Positions 34,887 through 46,068 of a stretch of DNA of 64,000 nt are shown one piece after another. Source of the stretch: Deltaproteobacteria bacterium (GTDB lineage: Bacteria > Desulfobacterota > GWC2-55-46 > JADFVP01); the NCBI GenBank assembly GCA_029262515.1, contig JAJCZH010000029.1, positions 1,434 through 65,433 on the forward strand. The letters run 5' to 3'. Numbering within the stretch: the stretch's first letter is position 1; each line of letters begins with the position of its first letter. Under the pieces are notes generated by a model. The model did not search any database, was not told the origin of the DNA, and was given only the letters and a program-made list of their open reading frames with translations. The position numbers were made by a program, and so were the translations under genes.

Positions 34887-35855
34887 TCAAGCCTTTAAAC
34901 AATCTGCGACGGCTGCCGCCTCATATGCCTCTTTAACGTCATGGACCCTCAAAATATGCGCACCGTTCATTACAGCAGCCGTACACGCGGCTATAGTGCC
35001 GCTAAGGCGGTCTTTGGAGCTATTAGAACAGGACAACGGCTCCTTAGGCGAACCCTTCAAAGCGCCAGCGCCACCTGTATCAAGAATATGGCCGATGAAA
35101 GATTTACGTGACAGCCCTACGAGCAGGGGCCTGCCGAAACTCTTAAACTCACCGAGACGCCGTATAAGCTCTAAGCTGCCCGAGGCCGACTTACCAAAAC
35201 CGATTCCCGGATCTACCGCAATACTCGAAACATCTATACCGTTTTCAATGGCAAACTCAACCCGTGCCGCCAGAGTAGAGCGAACCTCGGAGAGTATATC
35301 GGTATATTCGACATTGTCCTGCATACTCTCCGGAGTACCGCGTTTATGCATAAGGATCACCCCGGCACCGTAAGACGCGCAGACCCCGACCATACGAGGA
35401 TCGAACCCCAGGGCGCTGACATCGTTAACTATCTCGGCGCCGGCATCGAGCGCAGACTCGGCTACTTCGGCCTTCATGGTATCTATAGATACTGCAATAC
35501 CCTCACCGGCCAGGGCCTCAACAACAGGAATCGTACGCCGAAGTTCTTCGTCTACGGCAACAGGCGCTGCTCCGGGGCGCGTGGACTCCCCGCCGACATC
35601 TACCCAGTCGGCGCCTTCGGCGATCATACGAAGCGCCCTCTCTACCGCAAGACCTTTATCGAGATATAACCCGCCGTCGTAAAAAGAGTCCGGGGTAACG
35701 TTGAGCACTCCCATAATCCCGGTACGGGAGCCGAGGGTCCAGCTCTTTGAGCGCCCCTTGAGTATAAACTCGCTTTTCGTCGATACTGTTGTCAGGCCGG
35801 CTGCCTGGCCAACCGCCTCTTCGGTAACGGGGTCAGTCATCAATACCTCTGTCAC
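34887..35855 (-). CDS. folP: Dihydropteroate synthase
   Basis: 'GVLNVTPDSFYDGG', 'IVNDVS', pterin-binding barrel. Confidence 0.8.
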   Translation of the reverse strand: MTEVLMTDPVTEEAVGQAAGLTTVSTKSEFILKGRSKSWTLGSRTGIMGVLNVTPDSFYDGGLYLDKGLAVERALRMIAEGADWVDVGGESTRPGAAPVAVDEELRRTIPVVEALAGEGIAVSIDTMKAEVAESALDAGAEIVNDVSALGFDPRMVGVCASYGAGVILMHKRGTPESMQDNVEYTDILSEVRSTLAARVEFAIENGIDVSSIAVDPGIGFGKSASGSLELIRRLGEFKSFGRPLLVGLSRKSFIGHILDTGGAGALKGSPKEPLSCSNSSKDRLSGTIAACTAAVMNGAHILRVHDVKEAYEAAAVADCLKA

Positions 35856-36088
35856 AGGTTTAAAATCAACGGCCCGTTATCCGCCCTCTTTTTGAGTATC
35901 TCTAACGATCATGCCCAGGTCGTAGTATCTTATCTGCCCGCACACCCACCCACTGCGGCAACAACGGACCTTCTACGCCTCTTGAGGGAATATTCAACTA
36001 TTTTGAATAGGTCGGAAAAAATTTAAGGAGCCGCTTTAACTATAAAAGGGCTCCTCAAAGAATGTCCGGCCAGAAAAAGTTTTCGTTA

Positions 36089-38035
36089 TCAATCGACTAT
36101 ATAACCGAGCTTACCGGTATGACCGCGCCCCTTGTCGCCCTTGTCATCAGACTCTTTCGCTGGCGTCTTCGCAGGTTTATCAGGTCTATCCGGCTCCGAG
36201 ACCTTTGCAGCCTCTGAAGCCTCTGAAGCCTCGCCGGCGTTGTCTTCTGTATTGCCGAATATTATCGCGTCAATCTCGGCCCCGTCGAGCGACTCCTTCT
36301 CCAGAAGCGCCTCGGCAAGACCATGGAGCTCATCAAGATGCTCCTCGAGCAACTTGTACGCCCGGTTATAATTACCGGTCACGATCTCCTTCATCTCGGC
36401 ATCTATCGCAATTGCGGTCTCTTCACTGAAATCCCGGCTCTGGCCAATGTCTCTGCCTAAAAAGACCTGTTCATCCTTCTTGCCGAAACTGAGCGGACCG
36501 AGCTTCTCGCTCATTCCCCACTCGCAGATCATCTTGCGCGCGATTTCCGTCGCCCTCTCGATATCGTTACCGGCGCCCGTGGTCATATGCTTGAGCACTA
36601 TCTCTTCGGCTGCGCGACCACCCATGAGAACAGCAACGTTATTTAGAAGGTACTCTGTATTATACGTGTGCCGCTCGTCTATAGGAAGCTGTTGCGTCAC
36701 GCCGAGCGCCATGCCTCTTGGAATAATAGAAACCTTATGTATCGGGTCGGTATTAGGAATAAGCCTTGCAACGAGCGTATGGCCGGCCTCGTGATAAGCG
36801 GTATTCTTCTTTTCATCATCCGTTATAACCATGCTGCGCCGTTCCGTACCCATCAAGAGCTTGTCTTTGGCAGAGTCGAACTCTTCCTGTTCTATCTTGT
36901 CCTTACCCTTGCGTGCGGCCATTAACGCGGCCTCATTTACGAGGTTGGCAAGATCAGCGCCTGAAAAACCGGGCGTGCCGCGAGCTATCTCGTCAAGTTT
37001 CACATCATCTGAAAGCGGACTTTTGGACACATGAACCTTCAGTATAGCCTCCCTGCCCTTTACGTCGGGCTTGGAGACGACCACATTGCGGTCGAACCTG
37101 CCGGGTCTTAATAGCGCCGGATCGAGCACATCTGGGCGGTTTGTCGCAGCAATTATGATAACGCCCTCATTCGACTCGAAACCGTCCATTTCTACGAGCA
37201 GCTGGTTCAGCGTCTGTTCTCTTTCGTCATGGCCCCCGCCGAGCCCTGCTCCCCTGTGGCGTCCAACGGCATCTATCTCATCTATAAAGATTAGACACGG
37301 CGCATTCTTTTTTCCCTGCATAAAGAGGTCACGTACGCGCGAAGCTCCTACACCGACGAACATCTCCACAAAATCGCTTCCCGAGATCGTAAAAAACGGC
37401 ACACCGGCTTCGCCTGCTATGGCCTTGGCCAGAAGCGTCTTACCGGTACCGGGAGCACCCACAAGGAGTACGCCCTTTGGGATTCTGCCTCCGAGCTTGG
37501 TAAACTTCTTCGGGTCTCTTAAAAACTCCACTATCTCTTCGAGTTCGTCCTTCGCCTCCTCTATTCCGGCAACATCGGCAAATGTGATCTTGTGCTGCTC
37601 TTCGGTCAGAAGCTTCGCCTTAGACTTGCCAAAACTCATGGCCTTGCCTCCACCGCCCTGCATCTGGCGCATAAAGAAAACCCAGACGCCGATAAGCAGT
37701 ATCATCGGAAACCATGAGACGAAGATCGTACCCCATGAAGGAGAGTCGACTACCGGCGCCGCCGTTATCCTTACACCGCTCGAACGGAGTTTATTAATAA
37801 GATCCGGGTACTGCGGCGAGTACGTTACGAACGGTTTCTCCCCCTCGAACTTTCCGGATATATCATTACCCTGGATAGTGACTTCGGAGATACTGCCCTC
37901 CTCAACCGAGGCGATAAAATCGGTAAAACTTATCTTATTCGCAGTCGGCTGCTTATAACTTATTAAGTTGAACATCAAAACGACCGTGGCGATTATTATC
38001 AGCCACATCGCTATATTCTTGTAAAGATGGTTCAT
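36089..38035 (-). CDS. ftsH: ATP-dependent zinc metalloprotease FtsH
   Basis: N-terminal TM, AAA motifs 'GAPGTGKT' and 'IIFIDEIDA', zinc-binding 'HEAGH'. Confidence 0.9.
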   Translation of the reverse strand: MNHLYKNIAMWLIIIATVVLMFNLISYKQPTANKISFTDFIASVEEGSISEVTIQGNDISGKFEGEKPFVTYSPQYPDLINKLRSSGVRITAAPVVDSPSWGTIFVSWFPMILLIGVWVFFMRQMQGGGGKAMSFGKSKAKLLTEEQHKITFADVAGIEEAKDELEEIVEFLRDPKKFTKLGGRIPKGVLLVGAPGTGKTLLAKAIAGEAGVPFFTISGSDFVEMFVGVGASRVRDLFMQGKKNAPCLIFIDEIDAVGRHRGAGLGGGHDEREQTLNQLLVEMDGFESNEGVIIIAATNRPDVLDPALLRPGRFDRNVVVSKPDVKGREAILKVHVSKSPLSDDVKLDEIARGTPGFSGADLANLVNEAALMAARKGKDKIEQEEFDSAKDKLLMGTERRSMVITDDEKKNTAYHEAGHTLVARLIPNTDPIHKVSIIPRGMALGVTQQLPIDERHTYNTEYLLNNVAVLMGGRAAEEIVLKHMTTGAGNDIERATEIARKMICEWGMSEKLGPLSFGKKDEQVFLGRDIGQSRDFSEETAIAIDAEMKEIVTGNYNRAYKLLEEHLDELHGLAEALLEKESLDGAEIDAIIFGNTEDNAGEASEASEAAKVSEPDRPDKPAKTPAKESDDKGDKGRGHTGKLGYIVD

Positions 38036-38199
38036 CAGGGCTCCTCACTGCTATTAACATATTAGAATATCGCATTAATTTTGTCACATATCCGATCCTA
38101 TTACAATCTAAATCTTATGTCCAAAAAGGTCCCGCGTCAAGGTTTTGAAGCATTCTTTCCCGCATTACATAAGTCGAAGTGCCGCAGATACCCACAGGA

Positions 38200-39036
38200 T
38201 TACAACTCGGAAGTCTTCTTCTGCACAAAGGCCGATCGCGCAACCGAAGCGCTAAAGAGAAAGAGCGTAGAGGTAAAAAATAGCCACAGAAGCAGTATCA
38301 TTATCGTACCTATAGAGCCATAGAACTTGTTATAACTCGGAAAATGGTAGAGATAGAATGCGAAAAGGTGCTTGGCAAGTTCCCACAACACCGCAAAAAT
38401 GAAACTGCCGTAGAAGGCGAACAACCAGTTGAGGTTACCCCCGGAAAAGATCCTGAAAACTATGGCAACTGCAACGGTAACGGTAATAAAGGGCAGCACG
38501 TAATTGAGCGCTAAAGACTCAAAGAAGTAATACCCTATATCATAACCGAAAGGCTTCATGTCGTAGCTATGGATTATATTGAGTATAGCGGTAACCATTA
38601 TCGAAACAAAAGCGGTCAGAACCGCCATCAACAGAACCAGTATATTTACTATCCGTTTTCTGAAAAAACCGAACTTCTTGCGCATGTCGAAGATCGCAAT
38701 CAACGAGGTGGAGAAGGAGTTTAGCACCAGCTCGGCGCTTGAAAGCAATATAACTACACTAACCCACCCCATGGCCATCCACCTTGAGGCGAGCCCCCTA
38801 AGGTCTAAGATGATAGAGTCGCTGATATACGGCACGGTCGTTTTCGAAAGGTCGATGACCTTGTCGAGCAGCCCAACCCGCGACCCCAGTATAAAACCGA
38901 GCCCCGCGGTTATAAAGAGCATAATAGGAATAAGTGAGAAGAAGGCGTAGAAAGAGATCGCCGCAGCTCGCTCGAAACCGTGATTAGAGTGGAAGAGGTG
39001 TACTGCGCCCCTGAGTATTAGATACCGCCTCAACAT
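38200..39036 (-). CDS. YihY/BrkB family inner membrane protein
   Basis: 'RAAAISFYAFFSLIP' family signature and six TM helices. Confidence 0.7.
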   Translation of the reverse strand: MLRRYLILRGAVHLFHSNHGFERAAAISFYAFFSLIPIMLFITAGLGFILGSRVGLLDKVIDLSKTTVPYISDSIILDLRGLASRWMAMGWVSVVILLSSAELVLNSFSTSLIAIFDMRKKFGFFRKRIVNILVLLMAVLTAFVSIMVTAILNIIHSYDMKPFGYDIGYYFFESLALNYVLPFITVTVAVAIVFRIFSGGNLNWLFAFYGSFIFAVLWELAKHLFAFYLYHFPSYNKFYGSIGTIMILLLWLFFTSTLFLFSASVARSAFVQKKTSEL

Positions 39037-39048
39037 AACAGGAAAGAA

Positions 39049-40359
39049 TCAATGCCTCCGTTTGAACTTCAACCTTATCGGCACCTCTGTTAGTTCCAGC
39101 GCCTCTCTGAAGTAATTGACCAGATACCTCCGGTACGACTCTTTAATCCCCTCTACGGTATTGGTAAAGAGCGTAAAGGTCGGCGGAGAGGTGCCGGTCT
39201 GCGTCATATAGTAGAACTTCACCATCTTGCCCATATGGGACGGCGGGTGATGAGCACACGCAGCCGCCTCCAATACAGTGTTGAGCTTCGATGTCTTAAT
39301 TTCAACCCTGCTCTGCTCCATCACTTGATCTACAGAACCGAAAACCTGAGAGGCCCTTTGCCCCGTAAGGGCTGAAATAAAGAGAACAGGCGCATACGCA
39401 ACGAATGAGAGTTTCTCCTTTATCATATCGACTGCCCGGCTCATTGTTTTAGTATCTTTTTCTATCGCATCCCACTTGTTAACCACCACAACGCAGCACT
39501 TGAAATTATCCTCAATAAGCCCGGCGATCTTCTCGTCCTGCATAGTGATACCACCCGTGGCATCTATTACCAGCACGGCGAGATCGCACCGCTCTATAGA
39601 GTGGACCGCAGCAATCGCGCAGTAGGTCTCGACCTTGTGGCTCACCTTCATCTTCTTGCGTATTCCCGCAGTATCTACAAAGAGGTACTTCTTTCCGGCA
39701 CGTTCAAAGGGCATATCGACCGGGTCTCGCGTGGTGCCTGCAACCGGGCTTACAAGCGCCCTCTTGCCTCCAGTCAACCTGTTCAGGAGCGAACTCTTGC
39801 CGACATTAGGCCTGCCGACTATCGCCACCTTCACAGTCTCCGGGTCCTCCTCCTCAAGCCTCTCATCCGGCAGCAGCTCAAGTATAGCGTCGAGAAGCTC
39901 GTTAATGCTCCTCCCGCCCTCTGCCGAAAGGCCGAGCAGCGGATCGACGCCGAGAGAGTAGAACTCCGTCATATTCTGCTCAAGGGTAGCCGAATCTATC
40001 TTGTTAATACCGTAGACAATCGGTTTGGAGACCTTTCTCAGCATTTCAACAAGCGCAAAGTCCTCACTCGTAGGCCCGGTGCGGCCGTCGAAGAGCAGCA
40101 GTATCAGGTCCGCGTCCTCTATCGCGTACGTCGCCTGCTCGCGCACCTGAGACTGTATGGCATCCGGGGTACCGGGTTCGAACCCTCCGGTATCGACAAG
40201 CGTAAAGGTACGGCCGCACTCATGCACGTCACCGTAATTGAGATCGCGCGTAACGCCCGGCTCATCCACGACCACGGCCTTGCGAATTCCGATCAGCCTG
40301 TTAAAGAGCGTCGACTTTCCTACGTTTGGTCTTCCTACAATAGCTACTACCGGTTTCAT
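39049..40359 (-). CDS. der: Ribosome-biogenesis GTPase Der (EngA)
   Basis: Tandem G domains 'GRPNVGKSTLFN' and 'GRPNVGKSSLLN' plus a C-terminal KH-like domain. Confidence 0.85.
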   Translation of the reverse strand: MKPVVAIVGRPNVGKSTLFNRLIGIRKAVVVDEPGVTRDLNYGDVHECGRTFTLVDTGGFEPGTPDAIQSQVREQATYAIEDADLILLLFDGRTGPTSEDFALVEMLRKVSKPIVYGINKIDSATLEQNMTEFYSLGVDPLLGLSAEGGRSINELLDAILELLPDERLEEEDPETVKVAIVGRPNVGKSSLLNRLTGGKRALVSPVAGTTRDPVDMPFERAGKKYLFVDTAGIRKKMKVSHKVETYCAIAAVHSIERCDLAVLVIDATGGITMQDEKIAGLIEDNFKCCVVVVNKWDAIEKDTKTMSRAVDMIKEKLSFVAYAPVLFISALTGQRASQVFGSVDQVMEQSRVEIKTSKLNTVLEAAACAHHPPSHMGKMVKFYYMTQTGTSPPTFTLFTNTVEGIKESYRRYLVNYFREALELTEVPIRLKFKRRH

Positions 40360-40371
40360 AATACTCCGTTT

Positions 40372-41274
40372 TTAATATCCGAACTCTTCTATCGTCCGCT
40401 CGCTTTTGGTCCAGTCCTTGCTCACCCGTACGAAGAGCTTCAAGAAGACCTTTGAGCCGAGCAACCTCTCTATGTCGGCCCGCGCCTCGCTGCCGACCCT
40501 CTTCAAGAGTTTACCGCCTTTACCGATAACAATACCCTTCTGGCTCTCGCGCTCAACATTGATGACAGCGTCTATCTCTATAAGTCCGGCACCGGCCTTT
40601 GTGGTTCCCTCATTAAACCGCTCCACAAGCACTGCGACCGAATACGGGATCTCGTCGTGAGTGAGGCAGAAGAGTTTCTCGCGCACTATTTCTGCGGCAA
40701 TAAAACGCTCCGGCTGGTCTGTGGAAATATCTTCAGGAAAGTACTGTGGGCCTTCAGGCAATAACGCCTCTATCAACCCCGTAAGCCTATCGACCCCAAT
40801 GCCTTTAAGCGCCGAAATCGGCACGACCTCTTTAAAGGGGTAGAGCCCGGAGACCTCTTTGATAAAAGGAAGCAACTTCTCTTTAGGTACGCGGTCAACC
40901 TTGTTCACACCTAACAGAACTGGCGGAGCCTCATCGCCTGCGGACTTGAGCCCCTCTATGATGAAGCGGTCGTCGCTGCTCACCTTATCGCCAACTTCGA
41001 TCATATAGAGCACGGCATCGACATCTCTAAGAGACGCCATCGCCTCTCTCACCATCCGTTCGTTCAGGATACCCTTACCGACATGAATACCGGGGGTATC
41101 TAGAAAAACTATCTGGGCATCCTTTATGTTCTTGACACCTCGAATAACATTGCGCGTGGTCTGCGGCTTTCTCGAAATGATAGAAATCTTCTCCCCGAGC
41201 AGGGCATTCAGGAGAGTCGATTTGCCGGCATTAGGGCGGCCAACTATTGAGATAAAACCTGATTTAAACGACAT
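40372..41274 (-). CDS. era: GTPase Era (start 'MSFKSGF'; ORF-track frame extends to 41334)
   Basis: 'GRPNAGKSTLLN', 'DTPG' and a C-terminal KH domain. Confidence 0.8.
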   Translation of the reverse strand: MSFKSGFISIVGRPNAGKSTLLNALLGEKISIISRKPQTTRNVIRGVKNIKDAQIVFLDTPGIHVGKGILNERMVREAMASLRDVDAVLYMIEVGDKVSSDDRFIIEGLKSAGDEAPPVLLGVNKVDRVPKEKLLPFIKEVSGLYPFKEVVPISALKGIGVDRLTGLIEALLPEGPQYFPEDISTDQPERFIAAEIVREKLFCLTHDEIPYSVAVLVERFNEGTTKAGAGLIEIDAVINVERESQKGIVIGKGGKLLKRVGSEARADIERLLGSKVFLKLFVRVSKDWTKSERTIEEFGY

Positions 41275-41414
41275 ATAAAACCTTTCAACAAGGCAGGCAA
41301 TACGCCTGCAAAATATAAAAAAAAGAATTATCAATAAAAAGACCCGGTGTCGAGATTAGCACTACCAGACACCGGGTGTCAAAGCCGTATCACGTACCGG
41401 ACACAAGAACCCAG

Positions 41415-42899
41415 CTAATCTACTCTATCACACTCAACCAGCTTGCCGCCGTTTATCGCCGCTATCAAAATAGCAAGCGGCAGCAGGTGAAGCACTAGCC
41501 TGTCTAAAGAGGTCGATATCTGCCACGATACATCAGCCGGGGTGATTATATAAACGAGCGCATAGACCGCGAACTGCCCGACAAGCAATAAAATCAGCGC
41601 CAGCACACCGGGCCTCTGAAGCCCCCTGATGTTGACTATTAGAGAGAGCAGAAGCAACCACCATGCGACGTTAACCAAAGAAATACGCGTGAAGAGGTGA
41701 GCCAGAATAGAGCCTACCACTAACGGCAGCCGCACAATATTGGAGGTTAGTGTGCCGATATTAAGCCCTACCGTGTACTCGCTGCCTAGACCGAAGTGCA
41801 CTTTATAGGTCGCCCACGGGGCCATGAAGAGAACGAAAACAGCCACCATAAAAAGCAGGCCGGATAAAAGAGGCCTCAAGTCCCCACTCTCATGCTCTCT
41901 TATATCGTAAACTAGTAACGCAAGCCGTAAGCTGAAAGTTCGCATAAAAAGCAGCAACAGTAGAAGCAACGCTCCGATCATGGCAAAGACTAGCCCTTCG
42001 TTCTTGGTCCAAGCCCCTATGGCCAGCAGTACTGCCGCAACCCTGAAGGCGCCCGGACACCCGTCCTTTGCGTAGAGATAGATAAAACCTCCGGCAGCGA
42101 CAAAAAAGAGCGAGAGGATTAAATCCGCATAACCTACAAAGTCTCCTGAGTAGAGTCCGCCGATCTTTACCGGAAGGCCAGCTGCATGGATAATTACCAG
42201 AGGCGAGAGCGAGAGCACCGCAGTAGCAACAAGCGCCGCCCTTCGTCCGACAGACCTCTTGACAAAGTAGTAAACAATACTGAGCAGGGCAGCAAACTGC
42301 ACAGGGTAGAGTATCTTTGCGGCGATATCGTTGACCTCGCCTAACGTGGTAAAGAGCCACATTATAGAGAGCGGCACGAGCAGCGGATAGTCCGGGTGAT
42401 CGTAACCGTAAGAGGCGTCGAGAAGAAAAGCTGGCGTAACGCCCCCGTCAACAAAGAAAGCGCGCGCCTTCAAAAACCAGATCGACCACGCATCCCAGCC
42501 CGTAACAGGCAGGGTCGTAGAGTAGAGTAATGAATAGAATAACTGAACAGCGATAATTATAACCGATACGATTTCGACCGGCCCCCAACCGTCCCTGGGC
42601 AAAGGAGCAAGAGTAGAGGCGCGCCTATCTATAAATCCGAACTTGTAAACCAGAAGAAGCAGGCAGAGAATAATAAGCCACGGCAAGGTAACTGTAACAG
42701 AGCTAATACCAATTCCCAAAACAGAGTAGAAGAAGAGCTGTAAAGAGATAAAACCGAGACCCAAGAGAAAGCCGAGCGCATTGATTGCGATAGCGCCGAG
42801 GCGTAACTCGCCAGCCGGGTCAACGAGAAGCAGAAACAGACGACCCGAGAGCAGAAAAAGAGCAAAAGCGAAGAGGAGGCTTATAAGCGTGGAGATCAT
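41415..42899 (-). CDS. Polytopic integral membrane protein, possibly a GT-C-fold glycosyltransferase (ArnT/PMT-like)
   Basis: About 12 predicted TM helices in 494 aa. No soluble catalytic motif recognized. Confidence 0.45.
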   Translation of the reverse strand: MISTLISLLFAFALFLLSGRLFLLLVDPAGELRLGAIAINALGFLLGLGFISLQLFFYSVLGIGISSVTVTLPWLIILCLLLLVYKFGFIDRRASTLAPLPRDGWGPVEIVSVIIIAVQLFYSLLYSTTLPVTGWDAWSIWFLKARAFFVDGGVTPAFLLDASYGYDHPDYPLLVPLSIMWLFTTLGEVNDIAAKILYPVQFAALLSIVYYFVKRSVGRRAALVATAVLSLSPLVIIHAAGLPVKIGGLYSGDFVGYADLILSLFFVAAGGFIYLYAKDGCPGAFRVAAVLLAIGAWTKNEGLVFAMIGALLLLLLLFMRTFSLRLALLVYDIREHESGDLRPLLSGLLFMVAVFVLFMAPWATYKVHFGLGSEYTVGLNIGTLTSNIVRLPLVVGSILAHLFTRISLVNVAWWLLLLSLIVNIRGLQRPGVLALILLLVGQFAVYALVYIITPADVSWQISTSLDRLVLHLLPLAILIAAINGGKLVECDRVD

Positions 42900-43543
42900 C
42901 CTTCCTCTCCTTCTATAACCGCATTCTGCTCAACTCCGCTATCCGCGCCACCTACCCTGTAAAGAGCGCCGTACGCCCCTGTACCGTCACCAAACCTCTC
43001 GGAAAAGTGCCCGACGAGTCCGTAATATAACTTCATGTTTGTCTCAATCCTGGCTGCAGCCTGAACATTCTCTCTACTGGCAAGCGCGGCAGCAGGAAGA
43101 TAGATTAAGATATAGTCGCCGGGTACAATACCTTCCGGATAGGACTTGGAACCGAACTCCTCAACATTTAGACGTTTCGGGTAGAGACCGTATCTGAGCC
43201 TCGAACCTATTGAGCCGAATGCCCTGGAGATCGTAAAGAGGTGCAAGCGGCTTTCGGGCCGCAGATCGGACGACAGGCTCGACGATAGACCGGACGATAA
43301 GACAGACGCAGTCTCTTGAGTAACGAGATATAGAGGGCCGCCGGTCGCAAGGTTCCTACTCTCTCTATCTTCACCGATAAACGAAAAAGCAACCCCAACG
43401 CCCGTAAGCTCGGCGCGCAGAAGCGGATACGCTAAGAGTAAAGAGACCACCAGCAGCACGAAGGGTGCAATAAGAGCGGAACCGGCACGCCCCCTACCCA
43501 CTGCAATACCTTCAGCTTCATTCGACTCTATTCCGTTCGACAA
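42896..43543 (-). CDS. Hypothetical membrane-anchored protein (coupled to 41415..42899 by an ATGA overlap)
   Basis: 215 aa with an N-terminal TM 'ALIAPFVLLVVSLLLAYPLL'. Confidence 0.45.
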   Translation of the reverse strand: MSNGIESNEAEGIAVGRGRAGSALIAPFVLLVVSLLLAYPLLRAELTGVGVAFSFIGEDRESRNLATGGPLYLVTQETASVLSSGLSSSLSSDLRPESRLHLFTISRAFGSIGSRLRYGLYPKRLNVEEFGSKSYPEGIVPGDYILIYLPAAALASRENVQAAARIETNMKLYYGLVGHFSERFGDGTGAYGALYRVGGADSGVEQNAVIEGEEG

Positions 43544-43743
43544 AAGAACCGTCCTCGTCTACACAATTTATGCTTAACAGAAAGTAAATAAGGGCACTAT
43601 ATATCCGGCCATATTTCAGAATCGCTAACCATCTCCGTCTTAATACCTGAACCGACGGGACCGGCCTCTAAACGGATAGCATGGAGAGATATTTACTCAT
43701 TTTAGAGCATGGAAAGCGTCTAAGTCAACAGGCCGTAGCAAAC

Positions 43744-43810
43744 AAAAAGGGCCGCGCTACCTGCGGCGCGGTTCAATGAAAAAGGGCCGCGCCATCTGTG
43801 GCGCGGCCCA
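43744..43810 (-). terminator. Tandem rho-independent terminators downstream of rho
   Basis: Two near-identical GC hairpins. The minus-strand read is 'gggccgcgccacagatggcgcggccc' followed by 'ttttt', and a second 'ccgcgccgcaggtagcgcgg' followed by 'ccctttttg'. Confidence 0.6.
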
Positions 43811-43890
43811 ACGAAATAACTCTATTTACAAGTACCGTAAATGACCGGCTTATCCAACCCTGCACCGCAGAGCACATAGCTACTTACCCC

Positions 43891-45225
43891 CTACTTACCC
43901 ATCGTAGCGAGGAATTCCTGATTGCTTTCCGTACTCTTCATCTTATCCAACAGGAACTCCATCGACTCAACAGGATTGAGCGGCTGGAGAACCTTTCTGA
44001 GTATCCATATACGGTTAAGTTCCTCTTTACCAAGCAGCAGATCCTCTTTTCTCGTTCCGCTCTTGTTGAGGTCAATAGCCGGGAAGATCCTTCTCTCGGC
44101 CAGTTTCCTGTCGAGAACAACCTCCATATTGCCCGTACCCTTAAACTCCTCGAAGATAACCTCATCCATCCTCGAACCAGTATCTATAAGCGCGGTAGCA
44201 AGAATTGTAAGACTGCCGCCTTCTTCGATATTGCGCGCGGCGCCGAAGAAACGCTTCGGTTTATGCAGCGCATTAGAATCTACACCGCCTGAAAGAACCT
44301 TTCCGCTCGGTGGAACAACAGCGTTATAGGCGCGAGCAAGACGAGTAATGGAGTCGAGCAGAATAACTACATCCTTTTTGTGCTCAACAAGCCTCTTGGC
44401 CTTCTCTATCACCATCTCCGAGACCTGCACGTGCCTCTGTGCCGGCTCGTCGAAAGTGGAGCTTATGACCTCTCCATTGACCGATCGCTCCATATCCGTA
44501 ACCTCCTCGGGACGCTCGTCTATAAGCAGTACCAGAAGCACGACATCCGGGTGATTGGTCGTTATGGCGTTTGCGATCTTCTGCAGAACCATCGTCTTAC
44601 CGGCTCTCGGAGGCGAAACTATGAGCCCCCTCTGCCCCTTACCAATAGGCGTAAAGAAGTCCATTACCCTCATAGAGAGATCAGGCTTCGTCAGACTTTC
44701 GAGATGGAGCTTCTCCTCCGGATATAACGGAGTAAGGTTATCGAAGAGGATCTTCTCTCTGGCTACTTCTGGGTCTTCGTAATTGACCTGCTCAACTTTT
44801 AAAAGGGCGAAATACCTCTCACCCTCTTTCGGGGGACGAATCTGGCCGGAGACTATATCTCCTGTCCTCAGGTTAAAGCGCCTTATCTGAGAAGGTGAAA
44901 CATATATGTCATCGGGACCCGGAAGGTAGTTGTAGTCCGGAGCTCGAAGAAAACCGAAACCGTCCGGAAGCGTCTCCAGAACACCCTCGCCGTAAATCAT
45001 GCCGTTTTTGTCGCTCTGAGCCTGAAGCAAAGCAAAAATAAGATCCTGCTTGCGCATACCCGAAGCGCCCTCGACATTGTACTTCTTGGCGAGTGCGTTG
45101 AGTTCGCTTATCTTGAGCAGTTTCAACTCCTTCAGGTTCATGTAATTATCGAGATCAGCCTTGGAGACTACGTTCTTGGTATCAGACGACTTTGCGGCAG
45201 GCGGTTTCCGGGTAGGTGTTGACAC
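43891..45225 (-). CDS. rho: Transcription termination factor Rho
   Basis: '[15 protein letters not shown]' Walker A and N-terminal RNA-binding OB region. Confidence 0.9.
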   Translation of the reverse strand: MSTPTRKPPAAKSSDTKNVVSKADLDNYMNLKELKLLKISELNALAKKYNVEGASGMRKQDLIFALLQAQSDKNGMIYGEGVLETLPDGFGFLRAPDYNYLPGPDDIYVSPSQIRRFNLRTGDIVSGQIRPPKEGERYFALLKVEQVNYEDPEVAREKILFDNLTPLYPEEKLHLESLTKPDLSMRVMDFFTPIGKGQRGLIVSPPRAGKTMVLQKIANAITTNHPDVVLLVLLIDERPEEVTDMERSVNGEVISSTFDEPAQRHVQVSEMVIEKAKRLVEHKKDVVILLDSITRLARAYNAVVPPSGKVLSGGVDSNALHKPKRFFGAARNIEEGGSLTILATALIDTGSRMDEVIFEEFKGTGNMEVVLDRKLAERRIFPAIDLNKSGTRKEDLLLGKEELNRIWILRKVLQPLNPVESMEFLLDKMKSTESNQEFLATMGK

Positions 45226-45462
45226 AGATATTTCCTCTTTTAATGGTTTGGGGGTATTGGTGTGGGTTCTATAAACGAGCTATCAAGCCCTGTAAGTACG
45301 ATTATATTCCTTTGACTTTTACCTTAATAGGAATTATCTTCTGCGGTATGGAGTCAACCTGGTTGAATTGTTGAAATTAGATCTTCGTTGAAAGGTAACC
45401 CGACTCTAGCACGCTTCAATAGCGCTGTCAATCATTTTTGTCTTTATCGAGGCTCCTGCCGG

Positions 45463-46068
45463 TTATGCCCGGCGTTCACGCTTCAGCTCTTCGTAGAGCG
45501 CCCGCGTTTTCTCAAGAACCTCCTCCACGGTACCGTTGTTATCTATAACAATGTCTGCGTGAGCGGCCTTCTCTGCTGCGCTCATCTGCGCCGCTATACG
45601 GCTCCTTACCTGTGCCTCTTCAACTCCGTCTCTTTCAACCGAGCGGCGCACCTGCTCCGCTTCCGCAGTATCGACAACCACTACGGCATCCATTTCTCTA
45701 TAGTGGCCAGACTCTATTAATAACGCCGCATTCACTACTATTATCGGCTTGGGGCGTCTGGAACTTAATACCTCTATCTCTTTTTTTATCTTCTCTATAA
45801 TTCTCGGATGCGTAATAGAGTTGAGCCTATCGAGCCGGCTCCTGTCGGTAAAGACGATTTTACCTAATGCGGGCCTGTCGATTCTGCCGTCTAAAGAGAG
45901 TATGCCGGGGCCGAACTCTTCGACTATCTCAGAGTAAGCCGCCTCTGCGGGCTCTAAAAGCTCGTGGCCGATAGTATCGGCATCTATAATAAAAGCGCCG
46001 AGCCTCTTTAACTCACCAGCTATCAGGCTCTTGCCCGTAGCTACTCCGCCCGTAAGGCCTACTATCAT
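45463..46068 (-). CDS. coaE: Dephospho-CoA kinase
   Basis: 'MIVGLTGGVATGKS' P-loop. Confidence 0.8.
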   Translation of the reverse strand: MIVGLTGGVATGKSLIAGELKRLGAFIIDADTIGHELLEPAEAAYSEIVEEFGPGILSLDGRIDRPALGKIVFTDRSRLDRLNSITHPRIIEKIKKEIEVLSSRRPKPIIVVNAALLIESGHYREMDAVVVVDTAEAEQVRRSVERDGVEEAQVRSRIAAQMSAAEKAAHADIVIDNNGTVEEVLEKTRALYEELKRERRA

